64,000 nucleotides of DNA from Clostridiales bacterium. Lineage in GTDB: Bacteria; Bacillota; Clostridia; Christensenellales; CAG-138. Below the pieces are notes generated by a model. It worked only from the letters and a program-made list of their open reading frames with translations. It searched no databases and was not told where the DNA came from. Each line of letters opens with the position of its first letter. The stretch's first letter is position 1. Positions 9,143 to 17,609 of this stretch are shown here, in pieces. The translations under genes were made by a program, and so were the position numbers. The stretch is from positions 67,346 through 131,345 of the forward strand of contig SFCQ01000014.1 in the NCBI GenBank assembly GCA_004558525.1. Reading direction: 5' to 3'.

Positions 9143-9271
9143 ATGCTAAAGCTATATCGTATAAGCTCAAGCTCTACATGGCCCTGTTGCGGGGCGAAGT
9201 GTTGTCGGCTCATCTGTAGGCCGAACAGCGCCGCTGCGGGCTGCCATGATCCTCTATATAAAAGCAGATAA
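9143..9271 (+). CDS. candidate Cys-rich micropeptide (42 aa)
   Basis: MLKLYRISSSSTWPCCGAKCCRLICRPNSAAAGCHDPLYKSR. GGAGG lies 5 nt upstream of the ATG, with a promoter-like element about 35 nt further up. No homology is recognised. Confidence 0.3.
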   Translation: MLKLYRISSSSTWPCCGAKCCRLICRPNSAAAGCHDPLYKSR

Positions 9272-9324
9272 TCAAAGAGGGAACACAGCAGCGCAAGAAT
9301 AGCGGCGGTACTTAAGCAAAGATA

Positions 9325-9353
9325 TTGACTGCTGCCTATTGCTCGGATATAAT
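9325..9353 (+). promoter_or_regulatory. near-consensus sigma-A promoter for tRNA-Leu
   Basis: TTGACT, 17 nt spacer, TATAAT. The tRNA starts 12 nt downstream. Confidence 0.6.
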
Positions 9354-9364
9354 AGACGAGGTGC

Positions 9365-9447
9365 GCGGCTGTGGTGGAACGGCATACACAGCGGACTTAA
9401 AATCCGCCGGCGAAAGCTTGCGAGTTCAAATCTCGCCAGCCGCACCA
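9365..9447 (+). tRNA. tRNA-Leu (anticodon UAA), class II with a long variable arm and encoded CCA
   Basis: Manual fold: acceptor gcggctg/cagccgc, D stem gtg/cac, anticodon stem gcgga/tccgc with loop cTTAAaa, 12-nt variable arm, T arm gcgag-ttcaaat-ctcgc, discriminator a, then cca. Confidence 0.85.
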
Positions 9448-9457
9448 TAAGTCTACA

Positions 9458-9481
9458 AAGCAGCAGAAATGCTGCTTTTTT
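9458..9481 (+). terminator. intrinsic terminator after tRNA-Leu
   Basis: aagcagca-gaaa-tgctgctt followed by tttt. Confidence 0.65.
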
Positions 9482-9523
9482 GCGTATAATAAGCATTTTA
9501 TTTTTTGAAGGGAGATATATACA

Positions 9524-10462
9524 ATGTCAAAGATCTACACATCGGTTTCCCAGTTGATAGGCAACACACCGCTTGTTGAGCTTACCAACATCGAGCGCGA
9601 GCTTGAGCTTAAGGCAAAGCTTATAGCAAAAGTGGAGCTTTTCAACCCCGCAGGCTCGGCAAAGGATCGCGTTGCAATGGCGATGATACTTGACGCCGAA
9701 GAAAAGGGCAAGCTAAAAAACAGCTCCGTAATAATTGAGCCTACCTCCGGCAATACGGGAATAGGTATAGCAGCCGTTGCTGCAGCGCGCGGCTATCGCG
9801 CAATAATAGTTATGCCGGACAGCATGTCAATCGAGCGCAGGCAGCTTATGAAGGCATACGGCGCGGAGCTTGTGCTCAGCCCTGGCGCAGAGGGCATGCC
9901 TGGCGCCATAGAAGCGGCAAACAAGCTTGCCGCTGAGATACCTGACAGCTTTGTCGCGGGCCAGTTTGTTAACCCTGCCAATGTCAAAGCGCACTACACC
10001 ACCACCGGCCCCGAAATCTATGCCGATACAGACGGAGCTGTGGACATATTCGTAGCCGGTGTCGGCACAGGCGGCACAATAACGGGCGTTGGCAAATACC
10101 TTAAGGAAAAAAAGCCTTCCGTAAAAATAGTTGCCGTTGAGCCGAAAGGCTCGCCAGTGCTTTCAAAGGGCAAAAAGGGAAAGCATGGCATACAGGGCAT
10201 AGGCGCGGGCTTCGTGCCTGAAATACTGGATACCGGCATATATGACGAAGTAATCGCCGTGAGCGATGACGACTCATTCAGAATGGGCAGGCTTATCGGC
10301 GCAAAGGAAGGCCTTCTTGTGGGCATATCCTCCGGAGCGGCTCTTTATGCTGCAAGCGAGCTTGCAAAGCGTGATGAAAACGCCGGCAAGACGATAGTTG
10401 CGCTACTGCCCGACACCGGAGATAGGTATCTATCCACAAAGCTCTTTTCCAATGAGGAGTAA
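9524..10462 (+). CDS. cysK: cysteine synthase A (O-acetylserine sulfhydrylase)
   Basis: 312 aa with IGNTPLVEL, the PLP lysine context NPAGSAKDR, TSGNTG and GTGGTITG. Confidence 0.95.
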   Translation: MSKIYTSVSQLIGNTPLVELTNIERELELKAKLIAKVELFNPAGSAKDRVAMAMILDAEEKGKLKNSSVIIEPTSGNTGIGIAAVAAARGYRAIIVMPDSMSIERRQLMKAYGAELVLSPGAEGMPGAIEAANKLAAEIPDSFVAGQFVNPANVKAHYTTTGPEIYADTDGAVDIFVAGVGTGGTITGVGKYLKEKKPSVKIVAVEPKGSPVLSKGKKGKHGIQGIGAGFVPEILDTGIYDEVIAVSDDDSFRMGRLIGAKEGLLVGISSGAALYAASELAKRDENAGKTIVALLPDTGDRYLSTKLFSNEE

Positions 10463-10471
10463 TGAAGTCCA

Positions 10472-11248
10472 ATGCTAAATACCGGAAGAACATATGTTAA
10501 CCTGAAAAGCGACATGGCGGAGTTTATAGAGCTTGCCCGCTGTGTGCTTTACCCTAAGATATTTGCAAGAAGCACGGACGAATTCTGTACGCAGTCGACC
10601 ACGTGCCGCGCACGCGCACTGCTTACCGATATGCTCGGCTGCGTATATGATAGTATTGCAGAATGTCAAAGCACCGTAAACAGGCTGTTTCTCAAATTCA
10701 GCGACATACGCGCTCTGCTTGAAACCGATATACAGGCCGCCTACGAGGGCGATCCTGCGGCGCGCAGCAAGGAGGAGATAATGCTTGCCTATCCCGCTTT
10801 TGAGGCCATAAGCACATTCAGGATGGCGCACGAGCTGTATCTTATGGGCGTACCGCTTTTGCCTCGCATGATGACGGAATATGCGCACTCTCTCACAGGC
10901 ATAGACATTCACCCGGGCGCGACAATAGGCAGTCACTTTTTTATAGACCACGGCACCGGCGTTGTAATAGGCGAAACAACGGTAATAGGCGAACATGTTA
11001 AGCTATATCAGGGCGTAACGCTTGGCGCGCGCAGCTTTGAGGTAGGGCAAAACGGCGAGCTTGTAAAGGGCAACAAGCGCCACCCGAACATAGGCAACAA
11101 CGTAGTGATATACGCAGGCGCAACTATACTTGGCGGCAACGTGTACATAGGCGATAACTGCGTGATAGGCGGCAACGTATGGCTCACACAGTCCGTTGAA
11201 GCCGGAAAGACAGTAGTGGCCGCCCACGCGCAGATAAACGTTGGCTAA
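10472..11248 (+). CDS. cysE: serine O-acetyltransferase
   Basis: DPAARS, IHPGATIG, FIDHGTGVVIGETTVIG and hexapeptide repeats. It follows cysK directly. Confidence 0.85.
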   Translation: MLNTGRTYVNLKSDMAEFIELARCVLYPKIFARSTDEFCTQSTTCRARALLTDMLGCVYDSIAECQSTVNRLFLKFSDIRALLETDIQAAYEGDPAARSKEEIMLAYPAFEAISTFRMAHELYLMGVPLLPRMMTEYAHSLTGIDIHPGATIGSHFFIDHGTGVVIGETTVIGEHVKLYQGVTLGARSFEVGQNGELVKGNKRHPNIGNNVVIYAGATILGGNVYIGDNCVIGGNVWLTQSVEAGKTVVAAHAQINVG

Positions 11249-11289
11249 TTGAACATAGCGGAGCAAAACGAACCCGCTATGCTTAGGGC

Positions 11290-11488
11290 AGTATGTCGAA
11301 AAACCCAAATGACGTTAAGTGGCCGCAGCCTCCTTGAACTTTATTCCGGCTCTGACGGTATGCACGTCAGAACGGATGAAAACCATCAGGTTTTCATACT
11401 ATTTGGGGTTTGCCGCCCGGGAGCATAAGCGCGAGCCAAAACCCGTAGCTTTCGAAAAAGCGGCGCTCAGCCGCTTTTTCGACATTCC
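11290..11488 (-). repeat. structured intergenic repeat, copy 3 (full length, most divergent)
   Basis: Same module order as the other copies, read on the minus strand. The hairpin-1 stem is gcggc/gccgc instead of gtggc/gccac. It lies between the convergent cysE and permease genes. Confidence 0.85.
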
Positions 11489-11516
11489 AAAAGGGACCGC
11501 CTGGGCAGTCCCTTTG
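11489..11516 (-). terminator. intrinsic terminator of the permease gene
   Basis: On the minus strand: gggac-tgcccaggcg-gtccc followed by tttt. It abuts repeat copy 3. Confidence 0.55.
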
Positions 11517-11535
11517 CTTTGTGTTTTTGTTTTAA

Positions 11536-12873
11536 TCATACCTTGAAGTTAACGCTGGTGTCGCCCTGCTCGTCCTTTCCGAACTCGTAATCCTTGCCGG
11601 GAAGTATGGCGTTGAGTACTATGCCTACTATAGCGGCCACCGCAAGGCCCGAAAGGCTTATGGTGACTGAGCCTATGCTGAAGCTTATGGAGCCTATGCT
11701 ATAGTTTATACCTATTGCAAGCACAAGTATCAGTGCTGCTATTATAACATTCCTTGACTTGGTAAAGTCTACCCTGTTCTCGACCACGTTGCGCACGCCT
11801 ACCGCGGATATCATGCCGTACAGCACAAGGCTCACTCCGCCTATGGTTCCCGCGGGCATAGCGCTTATAAGCGCAGCAAACTTGGGCGAGAAGCTGAACA
11901 ATATAGCTATTATGGCGGCAAGCCTTATCACGAACGGGTCATATACCTTGGAAAGCGCAAGCACGCCGGTGTTTTCGCCATATGTGGTGTTTGCCGGTGC
12001 GCCGAATACCGCTGCAAGGCTGGTGGCAAGGCCATCGCCAAGCAAGGTGCGGTGCAGGCCGGGATCCTTGATGTAGTTTACGCCGGTGGTCGAGGATATT
12101 GCGCACACATCGCCTATATGCTCAACCATGGTTGCAAGCGATATGGGCAGTATTGTTATTATTGAGGTTATCATCAGCGAAACATTGCCGTCCTCAAACG
12201 CTGCAAATATGGTGTTTTCCTTGGCTATTGGCAGGCCTATCCAAGCGGCATCATGTATTTTCTGCACGGCAGCAGGGTCAAGCTGACCGGTTATGGCAGC
12301 TATTGCATAGCTTACAACAACACCCATCAATATAGGTATTATCTTGATCATGCCCTTGCCCCATATATTGCAAGCTATAACCACAGCTATGGCTATAAGC
12401 GCGAGCCACCATGATGTTACGCAGTTGTTTATTGCCGAAGAAGAAAGCGTAAGCCCTATAGCAATGATTATCGGGCCGGTGACTATAGGCGGGAAGTAGC
12501 GCATTACCTTCTTGGGGCCAAAGGCCTTGAACAGGAGGCTAAGCACAACGTACATAAGCCCTGCGGCAAGCACGCCTATGCAGGCATATGGCAGCAGCTC
12601 GGGCTCGCGGTTAGGCGCTATGGCCCAATATCCTGCCAGGAAAGCAAAAGAAGAGCCGAGGAAGGCCGGCACCTTACGCTTAGTCAGGAAATGGAACAGC
12701 AGCGTTCCGGCTCCGGCGAATAAAAGCGTTGCGGATACGCTCAGCCCCGTAAGTGCAGGCACAAGCACCGTTGCGCCAAACATGGCGAACATGTGCTGAA
12801 AGCCAAGAACTATCGTCTTTGGCCAGCCAAGCTGAGCACGGGCATCAAATATGCCTTCGTTTTTCTGATTCAT
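11536..12873 (-). CDS. NCS2-family nucleobase permease (uracil/xanthine permease type)
   Basis: 445 aa, polytopic. LGFQHMFAMFGATVLVPALTG and the TTYGENTG-type motif (NTTYGENTGVLA) are characteristic of UraA/PyrP-like permeases. Confidence 0.88.
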   Translation of the reverse strand: MNQKNEGIFDARAQLGWPKTIVLGFQHMFAMFGATVLVPALTGLSVSATLLFAGAGTLLFHFLTKRKVPAFLGSSFAFLAGYWAIAPNREPELLPYACIGVLAAGLMYVVLSLLFKAFGPKKVMRYFPPIVTGPIIIAIGLTLSSSAINNCVTSWWLALIAIAVVIACNIWGKGMIKIIPILMGVVVSYAIAAITGQLDPAAVQKIHDAAWIGLPIAKENTIFAAFEDGNVSLMITSIITILPISLATMVEHIGDVCAISSTTGVNYIKDPGLHRTLLGDGLATSLAAVFGAPANTTYGENTGVLALSKVYDPFVIRLAAIIAILFSFSPKFAALISAMPAGTIGGVSLVLYGMISAVGVRNVVENRVDFTKSRNVIIAALILVLAIGINYSIGSISFSIGSVTISLSGLAVAAIVGIVLNAILPGKDYEFGKDEQGDTSVNFKV

Positions 12874-12944
12874 TGCGTTCTTTACCTCCTGTGTTGCATA
12901 TTAATAAAAATGTATCGCATGGGCCCTTTGCCCACATCGAGCAT

Positions 12945-12970
12945 AAAAAAAGACGGATACGAAATCCGTC
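12945..12970 (-). terminator. terminator/attenuator hairpin inside the permease 5' leader
   Basis: On the minus strand: gacggat-ttcgt-atccgtc followed by ttttttt, about 70 nt upstream of the start codon and about 105 nt downstream of the candidate promoter. Confidence 0.55.
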
Positions 12971-13080
12971 AACAATAAAGGCTAAAGCAGATAAAATCGG
13001 TAGGTGTTTTGCTGCGCTTTTTCAATGAAGTATTGAGCATCGGCTTGTCCCCCCTTAATCTGCGTTTTTTTCTGCCGACT

Positions 13081-13110
13081 ACTATACCATGTTAGCCGCA
13101 CCTAATGCAA
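13081..13110 (-). promoter_or_regulatory. candidate promoter of the permease leader
   Basis: On the minus strand: TTGCAT, 18 nt spacer (the spacer ends tgg, giving a TGn extended -10), TATAGT. Confidence 0.45.
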
Positions 13111-13139
13111 GCAGAAAATCATTTTTTTCGCAAGAATTT

Positions 13140-13865
13140 TTATCTGCCATCCGCTTGGTTTTCTTCGCTTTTGCCGGCGTCAAATATCAGCTTGGGCATG
13201 AAGCCAAGATGATCCGCCGAGCAAAGATGGTATTCAATACCGTTCCTCACTCCCTCAAACGCGTTCTGGCAGGCTTTGTTGTGAAGATGGGCATATATAA
13301 GCTTGTTTATCTTAAAGCTCTCCGCAAGCTCCGTAAAGCCGGACGGCTGACGCTTTTCATTAAACGGCGGAAAATGCAGCATCATTATGCGCACAGTATC
13401 CTCCGGCAGCCTGTTAAGGCTCATCTTAAGCCTGATAAGCTCGCGCTCATATATAGCCCTGTCGTCCTTCTCGCTGAATCCGCTTGAGCCCGGGCATGTC
13501 CAGCCGCGGCTTCCGCATATGGATATGCCGTTTATTGTAAAGCAATCGTTTTGTATTGCAAAGCAGCCCTTTGGCAGCGCGGCTCTCACCTTGCCGAGGG
13601 CGTTCCACCAATAATCATGGTTTCCCCTTAAAAGCAGCTTTGTTCCTGGCAGATCGCCTATAAAATCAAGATCTGCCCTCGCATCTTCAAGCCGCATCGC
13701 CCAGCTTATATCGCCCGGGATAAGCACAATATCGTCTTGGTCAACTGTTTCCTTCCATGTAGAAGCTATACGGTTTGGGTGATCCGCCCACAAGGGACCA
13801 AACACGTCCATCGGCTTATCGGAGCTTCCGCTAAGATGCAGATCTCCTATGGCGTATACCTTCAT
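13140..13865 (-). CDS. metallophosphoesterase family protein
   Basis: IGDLHL, GDISW, RGNHDYWW and LHFPP motifs of the calcineurin-like phosphoesterase fold. Confidence 0.8.
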   Translation of the reverse strand: MKVYAIGDLHLSGSSDKPMDVFGPLWADHPNRIASTWKETVDQDDIVLIPGDISWAMRLEDARADLDFIGDLPGTKLLLRGNHDYWWNALGKVRAALPKGCFAIQNDCFTINGISICGSRGWTCPGSSGFSEKDDRAIYERELIRLKMSLNRLPEDTVRIMMLHFPPFNEKRQPSGFTELAESFKINKLIYAHLHNKACQNAFEGVRNGIEYHLCSADHLGFMPKLIFDAGKSEENQADGR

Positions 13866-13874
13866 AAAACGGCA

Positions 13875-14327
13875 TCACTTTCCGAGTGAACGCTCGGACC
13901 TTGGGTTTCTATCCTCCTCGTCCCCGTCTATCTCATCTTCTATATCGTCATCCATATCGTCGTCATCGTCTTCGCCGTTGGAAAGCTCCTTGTCTATCTC
14001 GTCAAGCTCGCTTTCCGGTATGTCGTTCTCGCTCGGCAGCGGCACCTCCATCTCGTCAAGCGCAACGCCGCCAAGCACAAGCTGGTCAGGATCCGTTATG
14101 GGTTCGCTTACGCTTGACTGCATCTCCTGCCTTCTTGCCTCTCTAAGGCATATGGCGCACAGGTCGCTCCCCTTAACGGCAGGGTTTTCACCACATTCGG
14201 AGCAGATTACTATTGTATCATCTGCATCTGTATCCCCGCCCTTCATTTCGCGGCGGCACACGTTGCAGTATTTTTCATCTTCTTTTATATAGTTCAGTTC
14301 GCAGCGAGGGCATTTTCTCAAAGCCAT
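13875..14327 (-). CDS. double zinc-ribbon protein with a poly-acidic C-terminal tail (function unknown)
   Basis: CPRC...CNVC and CSEC...CAIC pairs, followed by a tail of about 70 residues rich in D/E (DDDDDMDDDIEDEIDGDEED). Confidence 0.6.
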   Translation of the reverse strand: MALRKCPRCELNYIKEDEKYCNVCRREMKGGDTDADDTIVICSECGENPAVKGSDLCAICLREARRQEMQSSVSEPITDPDQLVLGGVALDEMEVPLPSENDIPESELDEIDKELSNGEDDDDDMDDDIEDEIDGDEEDRNPRSERSLGK

Positions 14328-14421
14328 TTAGCTACATCCTCCAAAGCTTTGTTTTTACTTCCACTATTATGCTTACCCTATATACTTATGTCAAGTACAA
14401 CATGAAAAAAGTATGCCATTT

Positions 14422-15030
14422 TTAGGCATTATTCTTTTTTTGCCGATTATCGGCCAAAATAGCCCCAATTCTTGAAAGCAGCTCCTCCCTGCCATCCCCA
14501 TTTTCGGCGCTATAGCACAACGCATATGGCGGCGCCCCGAGCAGCTTTGCGTTCGCATTAGCAGCCTGCTGTCTTTTTGAGCGCGCAAGTTTATCCGCTT
14601 TTGTAGCCACAAGCGTGTATGGCACACCGTAGTATATTATCCATTCAAGCATCTGCTTATCCGCAGCCGTAGGTTCATGCCTGATATCTATAAGCATGAA
14701 TATGTGGCTCACATTGCCGCTTGAAAGATAGCTTTCCATAAGCTTGCCCCAGCTTTCCTGCTCCGTTTTTGATACCTTTGCATAGCCATAGCCTGGCAGA
14801 TCCACAAGATAGAAGCTATCGTTTATCTTAAAGTAGTTTATAAGCCTTGTTTTGCCCGGGCTTGCGGATATACGCGCAAGCTTGGAGTTTCTGCAAAGCG
14901 AGTTTATAAGGCTGGATTTGCCCACGTTTGAGCGGCCTACCATAGCTATCTGCGGCCCGCCCTCGATAAATTTTCCGCCAAGGCCGACGCTTGTGTCGAA
15001 CGCGGCCTTTTTTATATCAAATCTGTCCAT
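14422..15030 (-). CDS. engB: ribosome biogenesis GTPase YsxC/EngB
   Basis: GRSNVGKSSLIN (G1), DLPGYG (G3) and TKADK (G4). It lies downstream of lon, as in Bacillus. Confidence 0.9.
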   Translation of the reverse strand: MDRFDIKKAAFDTSVGLGGKFIEGGPQIAMVGRSNVGKSSLINSLCRNSKLARISASPGKTRLINYFKINDSFYLVDLPGYGYAKVSKTEQESWGKLMESYLSSGNVSHIFMLIDIRHEPTAADKQMLEWIIYYGVPYTLVATKADKLARSKRQQAANANAKLLGAPPYALCYSAENGDGREELLSRIGAILADNRQKKNNA

Positions 15031-15038
15031 ATATCTCC

Positions 15039-17531
15039 TTAATGCATAGCTCCGGCTCTGTTCGGCTGGAGGGGCGGTATGTATGCGCTCTTCTGCTTTT
15101 TATCCGGCCCCTTTATATGTGCAAGCGCCAGCTTAAGCACCTCCATAGCGTCCGCCACGCATATTATTTCTATATGCTTCTTTACTTCCTCCGGCACCTC
15201 TTCAAGGTCCTTAAGATTGTCCTTGGGTATTATTGCCCGCTTTATTCCGGCCCTGTACGCAGCAAGCAGCTTTTCTCTCAGCCCGCCTATGGGCAGCACC
15301 CTGCCCCTCAGCGTTATCTCGCCCGTCATAGCCACGTCTCCCCTTACGGGTATATCGGTAAGCGCGCTGAACATAGCCGTCATTATCGTTATGCCCGCGC
15401 TTGGCCCGTCCTTTGGCACGGCTCCCTCCGGAACATGCAGGTGGATGTCCCTTTTGTCTATAGGCACGTCTATGCCGAATTCTTCCGCATGCGCCTTTAT
15501 AAATGTAAGGGCCGCCTTTGCGCTTTCCTGCATAACGTCGCCAAGCTTGCCGGTTAGTATCACTTGGCCTGAGCCTGGGACTATCTGCACCTCGATTTGC
15601 AGCGTTTCGCCGCCAAAGCTGGTCCACGCAAGCCCGTTTGCAAGCCCTATCTCGTCCATTGCGTCTATCTCGCCATGCGTAAACCTTGGCGCGCCAAGAT
15701 AGCCCCTAAGCCTCGGCACGCTCACGCGCACCCTCGTCTTCCCTTCGCCTATGTCCATAGCGGCTTTGCGGCACACGGCGGCTATCTCGCGTTCAAGCTC
15801 CCTCACGCCGGCTTCCCTTGTGTAGCTCCTTATAAGCTCTGTCAAAGCCTCGTCCGTTACGCTTAAAAGGCTTTTTTTAAGCCCGTGCCGCTCCATCTGC
15901 TTGGGAATGAGATGCCGCTTGGCTATTTCAAGCTTCTCCGTTTCAAGATAGCCCGGCAGCTCAATAAGCTCCATTCTGTCAAGCAAGGGCTTTGGTATGG
16001 CATCCTTATCGTTGGCTGTTGTTATGAACATAACCTTTGAAAGGTCATATTCCAGCTCAAGAAAATGATCCCTGAAGGCGAAATTCTGCGCGCTGTCCAG
16101 CACCTCAAGCATGGCTGCGGCAGGATCGCCGCGCATGTCAGAGGTGAGCTTATCTATCTCGTCAAACAGCAGCAGCGGGTTCACGCTTCCGGCTTTGCGC
16201 ATTGCCGCTATTACGCGGCCAGGCATTGCGCCTATATATGTGCGCCTGTGGCCGCGTATCTCAGCCTCGTCATGTATGCCGCCAAGACTCATGCGTACAA
16301 AATTCCTGCCAAGCGCCTTCGCTATGCTTGAAGCTATGCTCGTTTTGCCGACGCCCGGCGGCCCAACGAAGCAGATTATCTGCCCGTTGACCTTTCCCGT
16401 AAGCCTTGCCACGGCTATATGCTCAAGTATCCTCTGCTTTACCTTTTTCATGCCGTAATGGTCTTTGTCAAGTACCTCTGAGGCATGCTCTAAATCAAGA
16501 TCGTCCCTTGTCTCCTCAAGCCACGGCAGCTCAAGCATACATTCTATGTAATTTCTCATCTGCGGCTGTTCGTGCGATGCCGGCGGCAGTTCCCTGAAGC
16601 GCGCTATCTCCCGCTCAAGCTGCGCCTTTACCTTTTGTGGCATGGGCTTAAGCTTGAGCTTTTCCATATAAGCATCCGCCTCGTCCTGCTCAGTCTCGCC
16701 AAGCTCCTTGCGTATGGCCCTTATCTGCTCGCGAAGATAGTATTCCTTCTGGTTCTTGTCAACGCTGCGCTTTACCTCCGCCGCTATGCGCTTATCTATG
16801 CGGTTTATCTCAGTCTCGCTCATTATGCCGGCAAGCACCAGCTTCAGCCTGTCCTCTATCCTGGTGCATTCAAGCGCGGCCTGACGCATGCTGCCCTTCA
16901 CAAACACGGCGTTTGCTGCGGCATCCGCAAACGCGCCATAGCCATCTATTCTGCGTATGGTATCAAGCGTATCCGCATTTATTCTGTTGGATACGCCCAT
17001 GTATTCAACAAGCCCGTTCTCTATCCGGCGCTTCAAGGCCTCCGCAAGCACAGGCTCGCACGGCTCTTCATACTCAGGCGTTATCGTGCTTATAAGATAT
17101 TCGCCGCCAACGGCGTTCCTAAGCCTGGCCCTGCATATGCCCTGAACAAGCGCGCGCATTATATTACCCGGCAGATTCAGCGTCTGCCTGACACGGCACA
17201 CGACGCCCATGTCGCATATATCTTCTTTTGTTACGTTATTTTTAGCCGGATCCTTTTGCGTTGAAAGGAACACGAGGGAATCCTCCTTAACGGCCGTCTG
17301 CATGGCTTTACGGCTTTCCTCCCTGCCTATGTCAAAATGCAAAAGCTCACCAGGCAGCACAACGATGCCCCTTAAGGGCACGGTGGGCAGCTTCATTTCG
17401 TTATCATAGCTTTCGCCGTTTTTACCGATGCTGCTGTTTTCGTGTTTGTTGTTTTCCAATACAGTATTTCCTCTTTCCCGAAGGACACTATTATCCATCG
17501 TACAATACTGATTATACATATAAATGGACAA
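15039..17531 (-). CDS. lon: ATP-dependent protease Lon (LonA)
   Basis: Lon N-terminal domain (LPTVPLRGIVVLPGE), Walker A GPPGVGKTS and the protease motif PKDGPSAG. The start is uncertain: 17531 is a TTG, and the canonical-looking N-terminus MKLPTVPLRG starts at 17396. Confidence 0.93.
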   Translation of the reverse strand: MSIYMYNQYCTMDNSVLRERGNTVLENNKHENSSIGKNGESYDNEMKLPTVPLRGIVVLPGELLHFDIGREESRKAMQTAVKEDSLVFLSTQKDPAKNNVTKEDICDMGVVCRVRQTLNLPGNIMRALVQGICRARLRNAVGGEYLISTITPEYEEPCEPVLAEALKRRIENGLVEYMGVSNRINADTLDTIRRIDGYGAFADAAANAVFVKGSMRQAALECTRIEDRLKLVLAGIMSETEINRIDKRIAAEVKRSVDKNQKEYYLREQIRAIRKELGETEQDEADAYMEKLKLKPMPQKVKAQLEREIARFRELPPASHEQPQMRNYIECMLELPWLEETRDDLDLEHASEVLDKDHYGMKKVKQRILEHIAVARLTGKVNGQIICFVGPPGVGKTSIASSIAKALGRNFVRMSLGGIHDEAEIRGHRRTYIGAMPGRVIAAMRKAGSVNPLLLFDEIDKLTSDMRGDPAAAMLEVLDSAQNFAFRDHFLELEYDLSKVMFITTANDKDAIPKPLLDRMELIELPGYLETEKLEIAKRHLIPKQMERHGLKKSLLSVTDEALTELIRSYTREAGVRELEREIAAVCRKAAMDIGEGKTRVRVSVPRLRGYLGAPRFTHGEIDAMDEIGLANGLAWTSFGGETLQIEVQIVPGSGQVILTGKLGDVMQESAKAALTFIKAHAEEFGIDVPIDKRDIHLHVPEGAVPKDGPSAGITIMTAMFSALTDIPVRGDVAMTGEITLRGRVLPIGGLREKLLAAYRAGIKRAIIPKDNLKDLEEVPEEVKKHIEIICVADAMEVLKLALAHIKGPDKKQKSAYIPPLQPNRAGAMH

Positions 17532-17609
17532 AGTGCAACACTAATGCTAACTATAAGAAGCCCCCGCCATGCATATGCTTTGGCGGAGGCGCTACCGTTA
17601 TCTGCTTCC

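Noticed and set aside
9272-9364. A possible T-box or other leader RNA upstream of tRNA-Leu/cysK. The stretch aatagcggcggtac vaguely resembles the T-box core GGGTGGTACCGCG.
   Set aside because: The match is only partial. I could find no specifier-loop or stem-I features and no terminator/antiterminator pair, and the next element is a tRNA gene with its own promoter. An Infernal scan would be needed to revisit this.
9365-9447. tRNA-Leu as a possible integration site or genomic-island boundary.
   Set aside because: I noticed no integrase gene and no direct repeat of the tRNA 3' end nearby. The flanking genes (rubredoxin and cysK) are ordinary metabolic genes.
12874-13080. A PyrR-binding loop or purine riboswitch in the permease leader.
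   Set aside because: I could not find the UCCAGAGAGG PyrR consensus or the purine aptamer core by eye. The leader is therefore reported only as an unclassified attenuator candidate.
13849-14292. A 147-aa Ser-rich plus-strand ORF. A similar Ser-rich ORF lies at 25966-26445.
   Set aside because: These are mirror images of the Asp/Glu-rich tails of the zinc-ribbon protein and of Lgt on the opposite strand, because GAx codons read as xTC in antisense. They are low complexity and have no translation signals.
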